Source of the DNA: Eledone cirrhosa | Taxonomy: Eukaryota | Assembly (NCBI GenBank): GCA_964016885.1 | Contig: OZ024741.1 | Location: forward strand, 30,504,001 to 30,568,000 | Reading direction: 5' to 3' | Length of the DNA stretch: 64,000 nucleotides | Shown here: piece after piece, positions 23,690 through 39,061 of the stretch | Numbering within the stretch: position 1 is the stretch's first letter | How the letters are laid out: every line of letters starts with the position of its first letter | The notes under the pieces: generated by a model | What the model saw: only the letters and a program-made list of their open reading frames with translations | What the model was told of the DNA's origin: nothing | Database searches by the model: none | Made by a program: the position numbers and the translations under genes

Positions 23690-24023
23690 ATAAAATAATA
23701 TACCCAGTTTCTATATTCTAGACCTCTAATATTTGTAATATTAGCACATGCACCTCATCAACTTATTTTTTTTTTTTAGACGTTATTTACAGGTGTTTTT
23801 CATTTTTGACAGCATTTCCGATCAAAAGTCTCTCTCTCTCTCTTTCTCTTTCTCTCTCCTCCTTCTTTCTTACTTGTTTACTCTCTTTTATTTCTTTTTC
23901 CTTTTTCCTTCTTCTTTCGTTTTCTTCATTTTTCCTATATTTTTCTTCTCTTATATTTTTGTCATATGTAGACTGGACACTTTCTTGTTCACAAGTGTTT
24001 TTAGGCCTCATATCATGTCACCT

Positions 24024-24092
24024 TATTTTATCTGATGAGAAGACAATTTTGTCCCAGGATGATGTTGTTTTCGAAATGCGCATGATAAAATA
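24024..24092 (+). ncRNA. Hammerhead motif with G at position 17 (probably inactive)
   Basis: UAUUUUAU CUGAUGA GAAGACAA...UUGUUUUC GAAA UGCGCA UG AUAAAAUA. Confidence 0.7.
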
Positions 24093-24150
24093 TATGGAAC
24101 TTTTTTAACCATCTTTTAATTTCTTCTTAAATGTATATATATATATATAT

Positions 24151-24508
24151 TTAAAAGAATAGAGGTGTAACACACAAGTTATTAAATATTGGTAAACGGA
24201 ATAGAAAATTCTGACAAATTGTTCACAGTGAAAAATAGTTTAATTAGGAATAAGTGAGAATTAGTAATTGTATTTAATAGTATTCAGTTTTGGTTTTAAG
24301 ATAGAGCGTCCGTGATGTTTGCTCTGATCTGAGCAAATATCACGGACGCTCTATCTCAAAATTATTTTTGAAAAGCATTAAAAATGCGCAACCGGTAAAA
24401 CTTAAAACCAAAACTGAATACTAACCAATACAATTACTAATTCTCACTTATTCCTAATTAAACTATCTGTTACTGTGAACAATTTGTCAGCATTTTCTAT
24501 TCCGTTTA

Positions 24509-24514
<6 letters not shown>
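24151..24514. mobile_element. Family C fold-back pLTR
   Basis: Tail 24151-24185; arms 24186-24324 (with deletion) and 24331-24514; same sequence as the ends of PLE 55388-57002; HHR-like UUGAAAA..GCAA CCGG UA at 24365-24400. Confidence 0.85.
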
Positions 24515-24560
<46 letters not shown>

Positions 24561-26375
24561 TAGATATGGATATATATGTGTGTGTGTGTGCGTGTGTGTG
24601 TGTAAGCAGTTTGCTCGTTTATTACCGTATACAGGAGTTAGATGGCAGTTATAAGCTGTTCCTCTTTAACAGCTCCAATAACGAGATATTTCACAAAAAC
24701 CTAAAAAAATGACAATATTTAAAGATGGAATATATATACAGCGAAGTGAGGTCGTTCATCGAACATATCGAGAGAAGAAGCTTTTAAAAACATAAGAAAA
24801 AGAACCACAAAAATGTGTTGAAAATAAACAAAATATTCACACACACACACACACACAGACACGCACACTCGGACACACTTATAATCTCATATATATTTAT
24901 AAATACATACATATACAAGGTTAGAAAAATATTTCATGAATAAATAATTATATACATACATAGATATATACTTGTATATACACTCCTCTATACACCCATA
25001 TATCCATACGTTACATTCACGTGTGTTCACTCGCATATGAAGGTGTGGAAGGGAATATCTAAATCTATTCTAGCTTCACATGCATTATTGCATGTTATGT
25101 AGCTTCGTGTCGTAATGATGATGTAATGTATAACCACTTTGTAACAAACTCATGAAAACGCACTCAAAGAATGAGAATAAATATAAATATGGTGACACAA
25201 TACCAAAGGTATTTTATTCTTATAAACTTTAAATTTTACATTGCTTCAATCATGTGGATAGATTTATTTATTTGTTTGCATTATTACATATTTAACTTAA
25301 AGCAAACTTATATATATATATATATAATATATTATATACACACACGCACACACACACACATATATATATATATATACATAAACTGACACACACGCACACA
25401 CACACATATATATATAGGTATGTGTGTATGTTTGCGTTTGTTCATATATATGCGTGTCCCTGTTTATATCTATCTAAATATATATTAAAGTACTAATTGC
25501 AAATTTATATTTGCGAAATATAGTTCCAGTGAAAAATTGTGACTGAAGTCATGCAATAAAAGAAAAGAACTATATCTATTATCATTGTCGTTTTTATGTT
25601 TCCCTTTCCATGCTGCATGAGTTAGACAACTTGATCCAGTCTCTTTCATTTGTCATCTACGATATCTCAGAAAGATATTTATTTAACTCAGATCAAAACA
25701 AAACCCTAGTCTCCCTCAAAGTAGGATCCTCCAACTTCAATGCACTTATTGTAGTTCTCCAGTCCCTTCTGCAAGACCGCCTTGTAGTCCTTTAAAATGA
25801 ACGTCTCCGAGGCGCATCCTCCTTCATCTTCTCCACATCCTCAAAGTCGATACCCCTGAGCTTCCATTTCAGCATCAGGGACATCCAGAAATTGCGTGGG
25901 GCCAGGTATGGACTGTAGGAAGTATGAGGGACAGTCTTGATCTCCGTATCAGCTTAGTAGTTGGTCACCAGGATGGATTTGTGACAGGGACATTGTCTTG
26001 GTGCAGGTGTCAGTGACCAGACTTGAATGTAAGGCTTTATTCTTCCATGCGATCAGCTTTCGGCACATCTGACCACGTATTTGTTCGTCTTCGTCTACCA
26101 CAGATTCCTTCCACTAGGAACCCGTAACACTTCTTATCAGCGATCACCATCCATAGACGTTAAATGTACGGCAAACAACATCCGACTCTGTTTATACTCA
26201 TCTTTTCTTAAGCTCATTTATACATCTTCGTTCATACCCAACGGAGGAATATCGATTTTGTTTTCTCAAAATTTCGCATAAAATCTACATTTGCTGTCCG
26301 TTGTCCACTACCACTCAGTATATGTTTTGTTCACCGCCCTACAAATAATGGAAATAGATATAGAAAGGTTGTATG

Positions 26376-26500
26376 GATTACAACTCCTCTCCACGTGTTA
26401 ATTCTAATGTAGGAGAGACATTCTTATGCGTTATAGATAACAATTTATATACAAAGGGTTTTAACAGACATGCGGTGTTAATAGGTTATCCCTGTGCCAA
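26376..26500 (+). pseudogene. Highly decayed PLE remnant
   Basis: YNSSPRVNSNVGETFL..ID...FNRHAVLIGYPC resembles the post-RT region of 18437-19372. Confidence 0.4.
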
Positions 26501-27059
26501 ACGTGCTATATGCTACAATGTGTGCAAAGTCATGAGCTTTTACATAAAAGAGATTGCTCATAGAGACAGCCAGAGACATACTCCCTAAACTGAGTACGTA
26601 ATGTGGAATCAGTGATTTTCATGTTTGAAGACTCATCAATCTGGCCATACCAAGAGCAGGCGATCCATACCTAATGGCAAGGCTAGAAGGTAGATTTATA
26701 ACCGATCCCCTAATCCATGTAACACAAAACTCACCAGTCAGAATATTATAAAGAAGAGGGGCGGTTTTATGTATACACCCACTATTTATTATATAATACT
26801 GTTATGCGCATTTCAAAGACATCAAAGGTAATATGCAATTAATTTGATGTCACATTAGATTCCCAGGATTATATAATAAATAAAGAATGTTGACATGAAA
26901 CCGTTTGTCATATTTATAATGCTGATAATCTGTCTGATAACTTATATCAAATATCATAAAGCAGCCACGTCGTGGGGTGCTTACCTCTGTTTTTGCTACG
27001 GGCGATCGATCAATTGATCAAACAACGTTCATTACTTAGATAATAGTAACAATAATAAT

Positions 27060-27220
27060 AATAATTGTTTCTACTTTTGGCAAAAGGCCAGCGATTATTC
27101 CAATGTATTACCGGTACTTTATTTTCTCGACCCCGTAAGGATGAAAGGCAAAGTTAACCTCGGTGGGATATGAACTCAGACCGTAAAGGGACATTGCCGA
27201 CTCTCTACCGATACTGCTAA
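27060..27220 (-). mobile_element. SINE family 1 with internal deletion and (ATT)n tail
   Basis: cgaccccgtaaggatgaaaggcaaagttaacctcgg...tgaactcag. Confidence 0.8.
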
Positions 27221-27312
27221 TAAACGCATATATAAGCAACATATAAACATATATATGATTATACATGCATATATCCATACATATATACACGTGTACATAT
27301 TTATATATATAC

Positions 27313-27360
<48 letters not shown>

Positions 27361-28488
27361 CATGTGGTTGTGCACGTGTATATGTATATATATATATACA
27401 TATATATATAAGTATTGAAGTTTCCGTTGAAAATTGAAAAAGTCATAGGTGTGAAGAGTGCTCTATGTAAGTTACAGAGCTAAATTTAATGTATAATAAA
27501 CAATACAATATAATTACCTCATTACCAGAGGTTTCCTGAATAAGACGAATACAAGAAATGTCCTCATTTGTTCGTCAGACAGGGCAATTTAAAACATAGT
27601 GAAATATTTGAAAAATCTCCTAAAGAAAGACAAAAGTTTAACAGGCGAAAAAATTATATTAATAAAAGTAATACAAGAGATATATAAAAAATAAAATAAA
27701 GAAATATAGTAAGGGTATGTGTATAAATGTGTGTATATGTACCTACAAATGTACATATGTGTGTATGTACAAATGCATGTGTATAGTGAAAAAATGTGTG
27801 CGTAAGTACACGCATGAGGGCAAGCATATCAGTGTATGTGTGACCACAAATACGTATATAATATATGTTGAAAAAGGAATTGTAGGATAATAGATGTAGC
27901 GTACATACAGACTCAAGGACTAAGAATTGAAATATATACACATACAAGTATGAAAGCACGCGTATAAACACACACACACGCGCAACCACATACATGTATG
28001 TGATTTATACAGGGAAGGGAGTGTATCAGTGAAAGCAGTGTCAGACTGAAGGTCGATACAGATATAAAAAAATAAAATATGAAAAATTAATGAAATAATA
28101 TATAAGAAAGAATAAAAATTAAGTCAAAGAGAAAGTAAGAAGGAAAGGTTATTAATTATAAAAGTAACAGTAGTAAAAATAATAAGTAGAAAACATGCAG
28201 AAGTTCGTACGCACATATTTGAATTATTTTTCCTAAATCTTACGTTAACTACTTTTTCCATCTTGACGTTATAGTCGCATATATGTTATAGAATACTATT
28301 AGCTTCTCGCTAAAACAATCTCTATACCTTTCATTTATATAAATATATATATATACGTACAGACAAAACACAAGCACAAAAGGATACATACACATACATG
28401 CGTACATACATACAACAACACGCATACATACACACGATACACATATATATACACATACATGTACATCTAATCACACGCACGCACGTGA

Positions 28489-28555
<67 letters not shown>

Positions 28556-28557
<2 letters not shown>

Positions 28558-28885
28558 TTGTAATATAATGAAACGAAATTTCATTTCTCACTCTTAGTAC
28601 GGCACTTACTTAAATGTATGTATGTATGTATACATACATACATATATGTATACAGACGTACAGTAGCATGCATATATATATATACATACATATATACATA
28701 TACATACAGGTACACATATATATATGTACGTATCAGATACGTACATATATATATGTGCGTATCTGATACGTACATATATATATGTGTACCTGTATGTATA
28801 TGTATATATGTATGTATATATATATATATGCATGCTACTGTACGTCTGTATACATATATGTATGTATGTATACATACATACTTAC

Positions 28886-28887
<2 letters not shown>
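28556..28887. mobile_element. Family D fold-back hidden in microsatellite-like DNA
   Basis: Palindrome 28614-28887 centred ~28750 (cagacgtacagtagcatgc / gcatgctactgtacgtctg); tail 28556-28613 matches 36357-36405 and 36795-36845. Confidence 0.8.
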
Positions 28888-28980
<93 letters not shown>

Positions 28981-29416
28981 TATACATACATATACACATA
29001 TATATAAGTACGTAAAAAACATAGACGTAAAAGCACACATACACACATATACACATACGAGTGCATTCGTATACATATACAAACACGTATACACATATAT
29101 GAACACATACACGCATACATACATATATAAAAAAAACAGCCGTATGAATAAATGGGTACAAGATATACGCAAGTAAACATACATAAAAGCGGCTGAGGGA
29201 CAACAGAATATATCTGGAGTTAAAAACATAAGTGATATTTGATATTAGGTAGTGAAAAACAAGGGGGGAGGTAAAATATGTAAAATTGTGAAGATATAAA
29301 GTAAGTGAATCAAAAAGCAGGAGTGGGGGTTCACTAGTGGATGTGAAGTAAAAATAAAATTTAAAATAAAAATAAAAATAAAAATAAATTAGAAAGAGAA
29401 GTCTGTAAAGAAGAGT

Positions 29417-29700
29417 TTATGGAAGATAAGTATCTGAAAGTGAGTTAAGTTTGTATGAGCTGGAAAGCAAGTGTGATTTCATGTGTGGGCAAATTTCTGT
29501 TTTTGCATTTAGGCGGGTTTTTAATGATTTAAGGTTCTGTAAAATCCAATATTTTTCACTTATATAGAGTGCGCATCTTCTTGCTCCTCTTGCATATTCT
29601 TTAGATTGGTTCAAAATTGACCAATCTAATTTATATTGGATACCTTGGTCTTTCAAATCCCATATTCTGATTGCCAGAGCTGTTGTAAATCTTTTTTCAG
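29417..29700 (-). pseudogene. PLE GIY-YIG C-terminal remnant (same type as 18437)
   Basis: [21 protein letters not shown]...[13 protein letters not shown]...LN...CPH. Confidence 0.7.
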
Positions 29701-29735
29701 GATATATATATATATGTATATATATATATATGTAT

Positions 29736-29820
<85 letters not shown>

Positions 29821-29823
<3 letters not shown>

Positions 29824-30075
29824 AAAAGGAGATGAAATCGAAAATGCAACTGAAGTCTTATTTTTTAAAAAAATATATATATTTATTTGGTTCCTTTACC
29901 GGTTTCGCAGTTCTTCTGCTTTTCAAAAGGTGAGTTGAGATGGAGGGTCTGTGGTTTTTCTCACATGTGAAAAAAATAAGACTTCAGTTGCATTTTCGAT
30001 TTCATCTCTTTTTGTTTATACTTTCACTAGTGTAGGACACCTCGGTTATTTTTCATTTTGTAAAAAAAGCCTCAC

Positions 30076-30081
<6 letters not shown>
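29821..30081. mobile_element. Family E fold-back pLTR
   Basis: 29821-29866 inverted to 29970-30018; tail 30019-30081; (TA)n flanks; homologous to 35018-35215. Confidence 0.82.
29893..29930 (-). ncRNA. Minimal hammerhead, U3-A8 core variant
   Basis: CCUU UUGAAAA GCAG-aagaa-CUGC GAAA CCGG UA AAGG. Confidence 0.8.
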
Positions 30082-30147
<66 letters not shown>

Positions 30148-30237
30148 ATATATGTATATAAATGTATGTATGTCTATAAATATATATATATATACATACA
30201 AATATATATATGTACATACTCATTATACTTATATATA

Positions 30238-30445
30238 TACGGAATTGTGGTAAGGAACCCGATGAACCATAACGCACCAGATTACTCAATACCTAGGTTA
30301 GTAGAGTGGGAAATAGGAAACAGTATGACCCCTATATATATATATATATATATATATAACGAAGGAGTTGTGGTAAGGAACCAGATGGACCATAACGCAC
30401 CAGAATACTCAATACTTAGGGGAGCAGAGTGGGTAATAGGAAAAT
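30238..30445 (-). mobile_element. Two family A tail-only fragments separated by (TA)n
   Basis: gtggtaaggaacc.gatg.accataacgcaccaga.tactcaatac at 30238-30333 and 30358-30445. Confidence 0.85.
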
Positions 30446-30478
30446 GTATATATATATATATAAAAGCATATATATCCA

Positions 30479-30539
<61 letters not shown>

Positions 30540-30558
30540 GAAAGAAAGAAGAGAAAAT

Positions 30559-30618
<60 letters not shown>

Positions 30619-31034
30619 ATGTGTGTGTGTATGTATTTTGTCTTCTTTCTTTCATTTGATGAACGTACTTCCGCATTTCTAGCTGCAATACTCTCCCGGT
30701 CTTCTTCCTTCTATTTCTTTCTCTTCTTCATCTTTCTCTCTTTCTTCCTTCATCTTTCTTTCTGATCTCTACCTTCACTATTTCTATCCCCCTCTTTTCT
30801 TTCTATCTGTATCTCTATTACTACTACTATTTTGATGTGATAGTTTGAACTCGTAAATTTGCCGGTTACATATTTTTTGGTATTTTCTTTCTCTCCCTCG
30901 ACTTTCCTCCTCCTCTCCTCTCCCTCTGTCTTCCTTCCTCTGTTTCTCTCTATATCTTTTTTAATATTAATATTGATGTGGTAATTTGAATTTGTAAATT
31001 TACCGTTACGCATATTTATTTTATTTTCTCTTGA

Positions 31035-31137
31035 TCTCTGACGAAATGATAGAGATAATATGTATTTTAAAATGAGTGACGCTACCTTCGGTGTTTAGCA
31101 ATTTTCAAACAACTCTATCATAGAAACAATTGTTAGA
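31035..31137 (+). ncRNA. Hammerhead motif with long stem II insertion
   Basis: UCU CUGACGA aAUGAUAGAG...CUCUAUCAUa GAAA CAAUUG UU AGA. Confidence 0.7.
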
Positions 31138-31359
31138 CTGTAAATAAATTTCCTTGTTTGTACTGTCGACCATGTTATTCTTCAATTTTTCAATTTTATT
31201 ACTCCAAGATATACTTACACAGGAATACAAGTGAAGTCATAAACTCGTCATCCACGTAAACCTCTTGTTGAGTCTTACAACACCGTACGCTTAAACTATT
31301 CATGGTAAGAAGTGTTCACAACCTCTAATGGGATTAGCTTTAACAATATCTTGTTATCT

Positions 31360-33920
<2,561 letters not shown>

Positions 33921-35017
33921 TTTGTATTTTTGATAAATTTTCTTTTCAATTTCACCATCAGCGATTTCAAATCTAGTTCTCCTTTAAAAATCCACTTAAT
34001 CGGACGAAAATTAATGTTTAATCATTCGATCATTGATTACTTGTTTTTTCTTTATTTTTCATCTGTTTGGTGAGTTTTCTATTTCGTTTTGTTGTGGGTG
34101 TATTTATATTATTTAGTAGTTAAGAAGTCGAGGTATAGTTAGTTGTTTATCTCAGAACTATACGAATAGTAATTGTAGCTCACATGAGAAGGAAGACCTA
34201 TATATGACTGCGAAGTAGTGTCTAGCGATGATTTACACTCCATTGCCGAGAGCTGCAGTGTAGTCACCGCTGAAATGCTGAAACAAACCTAAAGCAAATT
34301 TAACTAATGACTATTTTCTCTGCGATGTCATACGAAATTTATATTATCCTATAGTGAAACTCTGCTTCAGGAAATATTAAATATAGGTGTTTCACGTACT
34401 TCAATAATTCTGAATGTTATGAGGGAGAACAAATATCTACAGGTTTGAACGGAACCCTTCGTGGGGAAAAGATACGTTGTATCTCGTCGTACTGGAAAAC
34501 AAGTAAACAACGTCTCTCACATCACAGAAATGACGGCATTGTTACAAATATATTTTCCTCGGGGCGATATATTTTGAGGCCTGTGGATATGTTGTGTTTA
34601 TATCGTTATAGTATGTTGTGTATTCATATTAAACACACAAACACACACATATATATAAATAGGTATCTATCTATATATATATATATATCATATAACATGT
34701 ACATATATATGAATATAGTTATGTAATTTAGAAATGAATTCTACATGACTAGAATCGTTTTATTCCTATTTAATCCTCAGATTTCTGATGATTTTATCTG
34801 AATGAAAGCGTTCTAGCTCTGTACAAGACATTTCTTTATTAAATAATTGTTTCTATTTTTGGCACAAGGCTAGCAATTATCCCAGTATATAACTGGGGCT
34901 TTATTTAATCAACCCGGTAATGATATTTACACTCTACTAATGTATTGAATAACTTTTTAACTGTGGATACCCCTGATTTAATACGAGATTTACACCTCCC
35001 ACCATATATATATATAT

Positions 35018-35212
35018 GCGAGAAAAACCAGAAACCCTCCATCTCAATTCTACTTTTGATAAGCACGAGAACTGCAAAACCGGTAAAGGAACCACATAAA
35101 TATTCTTAAAAAGAATCCAGTTGCATTTTCGATTTCATCTTATTTTCTTATACTTTCACTCGTGTAGGACGTTTCGTTTTTTTTTTTCATTTCGTAAAAA
35201 GACCTAATGTTC

Positions 35213-35215
<3 letters not shown>
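35018..35215 (+). mobile_element. Family E short copy (HHR, pLTR end, tail)
   Basis: Homologous to 29821-30081; HHR ctt TTGATAA gca..tgc AAAA ccgg TA aag at 35053-35088 (G12 lost). Confidence 0.75.
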
Positions 35216-35301
<86 letters not shown>

Positions 35302-35314
35302 CATATATATATAT

Positions 35315-35344
<30 letters not shown>

Positions 35345-35345
<1 letters not shown>

Positions 35346-36325
35346 AGAGAGTATTGAAGTTTGCTTGAAGCATTGTGGAACAATAAGGTAAATTTCTTTA
35401 AGTCGTTTGGAAGCCTCGACAATGCAGTTGGGTAAATCTCCGGGTAAAAAGATTCGGTGGTGGAGAGAGAGATGTAAGTGGGTGTACGCTGAGATGCGTG
35501 GTGTGTATAAGACTGTAACGTGTAGAGGAATGAAGGAAATAGCGTAAAGGATAAAAATAAAATAACAACACGAGAGAGAGTTACCTTGGGAGAGATTTAA
35601 TTGTCCCTATATATTTCGGATTCACATCCAACAAGAGGGATTTTTTCCAGGGGGGGGGGTCTGTCGGAAAGGTGCGAAACGTGTCCTCCACTGTCGTTGT
35701 TTTGAATATCTGAGGTATTCAGCAGAGGGCGCGTGCGCCTGAAATGGGGTCGGTCAGGCAGAGGTCAGCGGCCGAAGTAGTTCCTTCAATTGTGGGAGTG
35801 GGGTGGCGCTAGCTGTCAGTCCATTCTCTGCCTGTTTGGTGAATGTTACTCTGTGTGTGTGTGTGTGTGTGTGCGTGTGTTGTTGTCTCGCTTGAGTGTG
35901 TGTTTGCGTGTGTTGTTGCCTTGTTCCTCTGTATTGGCAGTGTAGTATGTTCGTATGGTGGGATGCTACTGTGTGTGTGTGTGTGTGCGTGTGTTGCTGT
36001 CTCGCTTGTGTGTGTGTGCGTGTGTTGCTGCATCGTTTGTTAACTTAAACCAACCACCTCATTTCGTTTCTCTCGTATCGGTTGTTTAATTGTGGCCCTA
36101 GGCGTTTGATCCAAAGTGCTTCCTTGATACGTAACGTGCCGACGTTTCTTTCTGTCGCTAGAATTGTGACAATGGGCCTTCCGTCTTTGTTTCCGCATCT
36201 GGCTATGTTTTTCCGGAAAGACGAGGCCCTGGTTTTAGTGTGTTCCTTGATCCGGATATGCAACGGCCGGATTGTGCTACCTATATAGTATTGGTTGCAC
36301 TTGTTACATTCTATCTTATACACGT
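35345..36325 (-). mobile_element. Poseidon-type PLE 3' end (GIY-YIG plus 3' region)
   Basis: VYKIECNKCNQYYIGSTIRPLHIRIKEH...LRIKEALWIKRLGPQLN (36045-36325); TA flanks. Confidence 0.8.
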
Positions 36326-36620
36326 ATATATATACATATAAATATAAAAGGAATAGAATGAAACGAACTTTCATTTCTCACTCTTAGTACGGCACTTACT
36401 TAAATGTAAGTATGTATCCGTACATACATATATGTATACAGACGTACAGTAGTATGTATATATATACATACATGCACACATATATATATGCACGTATCGG
36501 TTTACCGAACATTTGTTATAATGCTCGGTTTGTTTGTTTGTAAACAAACAAACAGCCCGAATTACGCAGTACAGTGTTTAGGCAACCACGTCACCTTTTT
36601 GTTCCACACAGACACAGGAA

Positions 36621-36661
36621 CCATGTACTAGTTTCAAGCTTATTAGCTATCGTCAGCATCG
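36621..36661 (-). ncRNA. Minimal hammerhead (family D)
   Basis: AUG CUGACGA uAGCU-aaua-AGCUu GAAA CUAG UA CAU. Confidence 0.8.
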
Positions 36662-37064
36662 TATACCTTCCTGCCAGATGGTTGAACGTCTGAAAGTATA
36701 TACTTTCCTTATGCATATTAACGGCTGAGCAGCCTAATTTGGATATCGAGTGAGTTCAGTCGGCCGGGCACACAGAAAACGATAAATGGAATAGAATGAA
36801 ACGAAATTTAATTTCTCACTCTTAGTACGGCAATTTCTTAAATGTAAGTATGTACGTATACATACATACATATATGTATACAGACGTACAGTAGTATGTA
36901 TATATACATACATACATGCACACATATATATATGCACGCATCGGTTTACCGAACATTTATTATAATGCTCGGTTTGTTTGTTTATAAACAAACAAACAGC
37001 CCGAATTACGCCGTACAGTGTTTAGGCAACCCCGTCACTTTTTTGTTCCACACAGACACAGGAA

Positions 37065-37105
37065 CGATGTACTAGTTTCAAGCTTATTAGCTATCGTCAA
37101 CATCG
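37065..37105 (-). ncRNA. Minimal hammerhead (family D, C3U)
   Basis: CGAUG UUGACGA uAGCU-aaua-AGCUu GAAA CUAG UA CAUCG. Confidence 0.7.
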
Positions 37106-37168
37106 TATACCTTCCTGTCAGATGGTTGAACGTCTGAAAGTATATACTTTCCGTATGCATATTAACGT

Positions 37169-37212
<44 letters not shown>

Positions 37213-37281
37213 TATGAAGAGAGAAGAAACATTTAGATATAATTAGTAATAAAATGTATCATACCTAAACTGCTCCTAAAT

Positions 37282-37369
37282 TCCTCGACTACGTAGTTTC
37301 GTGGCATAAACAAAAACAATATATCAAAGACATAGAGTCCTTGCGAGGTCTGCCAACTTATCAAGAGGA
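37282..37369 (-). ncRNA. Type I hammerhead, U3-A8 variant (array copy 1)
   Basis: UCCUC UUGAUAA GuUGGC...GCCAC GAAA CUACGUAG UC GAGGA. Confidence 0.85.
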
Positions 37370-37871
37370 TACCTCATTTTACTAGTCTCAAGAACGCGTC
37401 TACACGACGTGAGAAAGAATCCCAAAAGGCGGAGGGGGAGATAGTCACGCGATATAACGGTCGAGAAACAGAGCTAAGCCTCTTATAACCACGAAGAAAA
37501 TACCACGGAGGCGGAGGGGGTATTCATATCGAGGCCGTAGAAGAGGTAGTGAAGAAGGCGAGAAGTATGAGTAATGGAAGCTTTCCAGTTGTCCCCACAC
37601 TTCAAAGATTGCTCGACCAGAGGGAGTTATTAATATATTTAGAAACACACAGATACATGCGGACACACACATATATACATGAATGCATCCGCACCCAACT
37701 GTGAGTTAAGGGTGCCAACTTCACCGATGTTGCTCAATGAATGACTGGGACAGACCAATTCAGTTTGAACCAGACTGAACCAGTATCAGAGTTAAAATAC
37801 ATTATGAAGAGAGAAGAAACATTTAGATATAATTAGTAATAAAATGTATCATACCTAAACTGCTCCTAAAT

Positions 37872-37959
37872 TCCTCGACTACGTAGTTTCGTGGCATAAA
37901 CAAAAACAATATATCAAAGACATAGAGTCCTTGCGAGGTCTGCCAACTTATCAAGAGGA
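37872..37959 (-). ncRNA. Type I hammerhead, U3-A8 variant (array copy 2)
   Basis: Same as copy 1, offset +590 bp. Confidence 0.85.
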
Positions 37960-38459
37960 TACCTCATTTTACTAGTCTCAAGAACGCGTCTACACGACGT
38001 GAGAAAGAATCCCAAAAGGCGGAGGGGGAGATAGTCACGCGATATAACGGTCGAGAAACAGAGCTAAGCCTCTTATAACCACGAAGAAAATACCACGGAG
38101 GCGGAGGGGGTATTCATATCGAGGCCGTAGAAGAGGTAGTGAAGAAGGCGAGAAGTATGAGTAATGGAAGCTTTCCAGTTGTCCCCACACTTCAAAGATT
38201 GCTCGACCAGAGGGAGTTATTAATATATTTAGAAACACACAGATACATGCGGACACACACATATATACATGAATGCATCCGCACCCAACTGTGAGTTAAG
38301 GGTGCCAACTTCACCGATGTTGCTCAATGAATGACTGGGACAGACCAATTCAGTTTGAACCAGACTGAACCAGTATCAGAGTTAAAATACATTATGAAGA
38401 GAGAAGAAACATTTAGATATAAAGTAATAAAATGTATCATACCTAAACTGCTCCTAAAT

Positions 38460-38547
38460 TCCTCGACTACGTAGTTTCGTGGCATAAACAAAAACAATAT
38501 ATCAAAGACATAGAGTCCTTGCGAGGTCTGCCAACTTATCAAGAGGA
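38460..38547 (-). ncRNA. Type I hammerhead, U3-A8 variant (array copy 3)
   Basis: Same as copy 2, offset +588 bp. Confidence 0.85.
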
Positions 38548-38594
38548 TACCTCATTTTACTAGTCTCAAGAACGCGTCTACACGACGTGAGAAA

Positions 38595-38643
<49 letters not shown>

Positions 38644-39061
38644 TATATACCTTTTTAACATGATATCTTACGTTCTTCTTACTTTATTTTTTCTTCCTGT
38701 GTTTAATTTTTTCCTTCGTGTCTCTCGTGCTTTAAATTCACCACCCTTTTCCCTCACATCACACACAATTCTATATGTTTTGTAGCGTAATTTCTATGAA
38801 TCAATGTTTTGTCTCTCGTCTCTTAATCCGTGTGGCTTATGTCAGACGCTGTGACCCCAGATCAACCAGCATTACCGTTGGTAGGGGTTGTCGAAACTTC
38901 CAAAGGCCATCTCAACGGCCCATAACAATAAATTTCTTTGTCCTTAATTTGTATTTTCATTTTATAAAAAATAATTAATTAACCTTTCCTCTTAAAAAAT
39001 GCTCTTCATTTTTTCCCGTTCGTTGTCCTGTCTAATCTTTGTTAATTTTTAAAATCCTATA

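Larger units (their letters stand above)
22520..24130 (+). mobile_element. Decayed PLE 3' end with inverted 5' pieces
   Basis: KDKNINYEISWRK...CNLCLAEKFTII...LINSRSELF (22750-22930); 22676-22748 inverted to ~23000-23083; 22620-22642 inverted to ~24104-24126; HHR at the 3' end; TA repeats at both ends. Confidence 0.7.
36350..37167 (-). repeat. Family D tandem dimer (~440-bp period), one HHR per unit
   Basis: 36350-36723 matches 36788-37167; non-coding. Confidence 0.88.
37207..38598 (-). mobile_element. Retrozyme-like tandem array: 2.35 x 590-bp near-identical units with three HHRs
   Basis: Units start at 37207, 37797 and 38387; (TA)n on both sides; no credible ORF. Confidence 0.85.

Noticed and set aside
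35604-35641. HHR-like tccc...ggat-gtga-atcc GAAA tata TA ggga (minus)
   Set aside because: Stems are plausible but the CUGANGA box is unrecognisable.
37445-38262. Duplicated 75-aa ORF in the 590-bp unit
   Set aside because: Non-ATG start in a (GT)-rich patch with no motif; identity merely reflects the tandem duplication.
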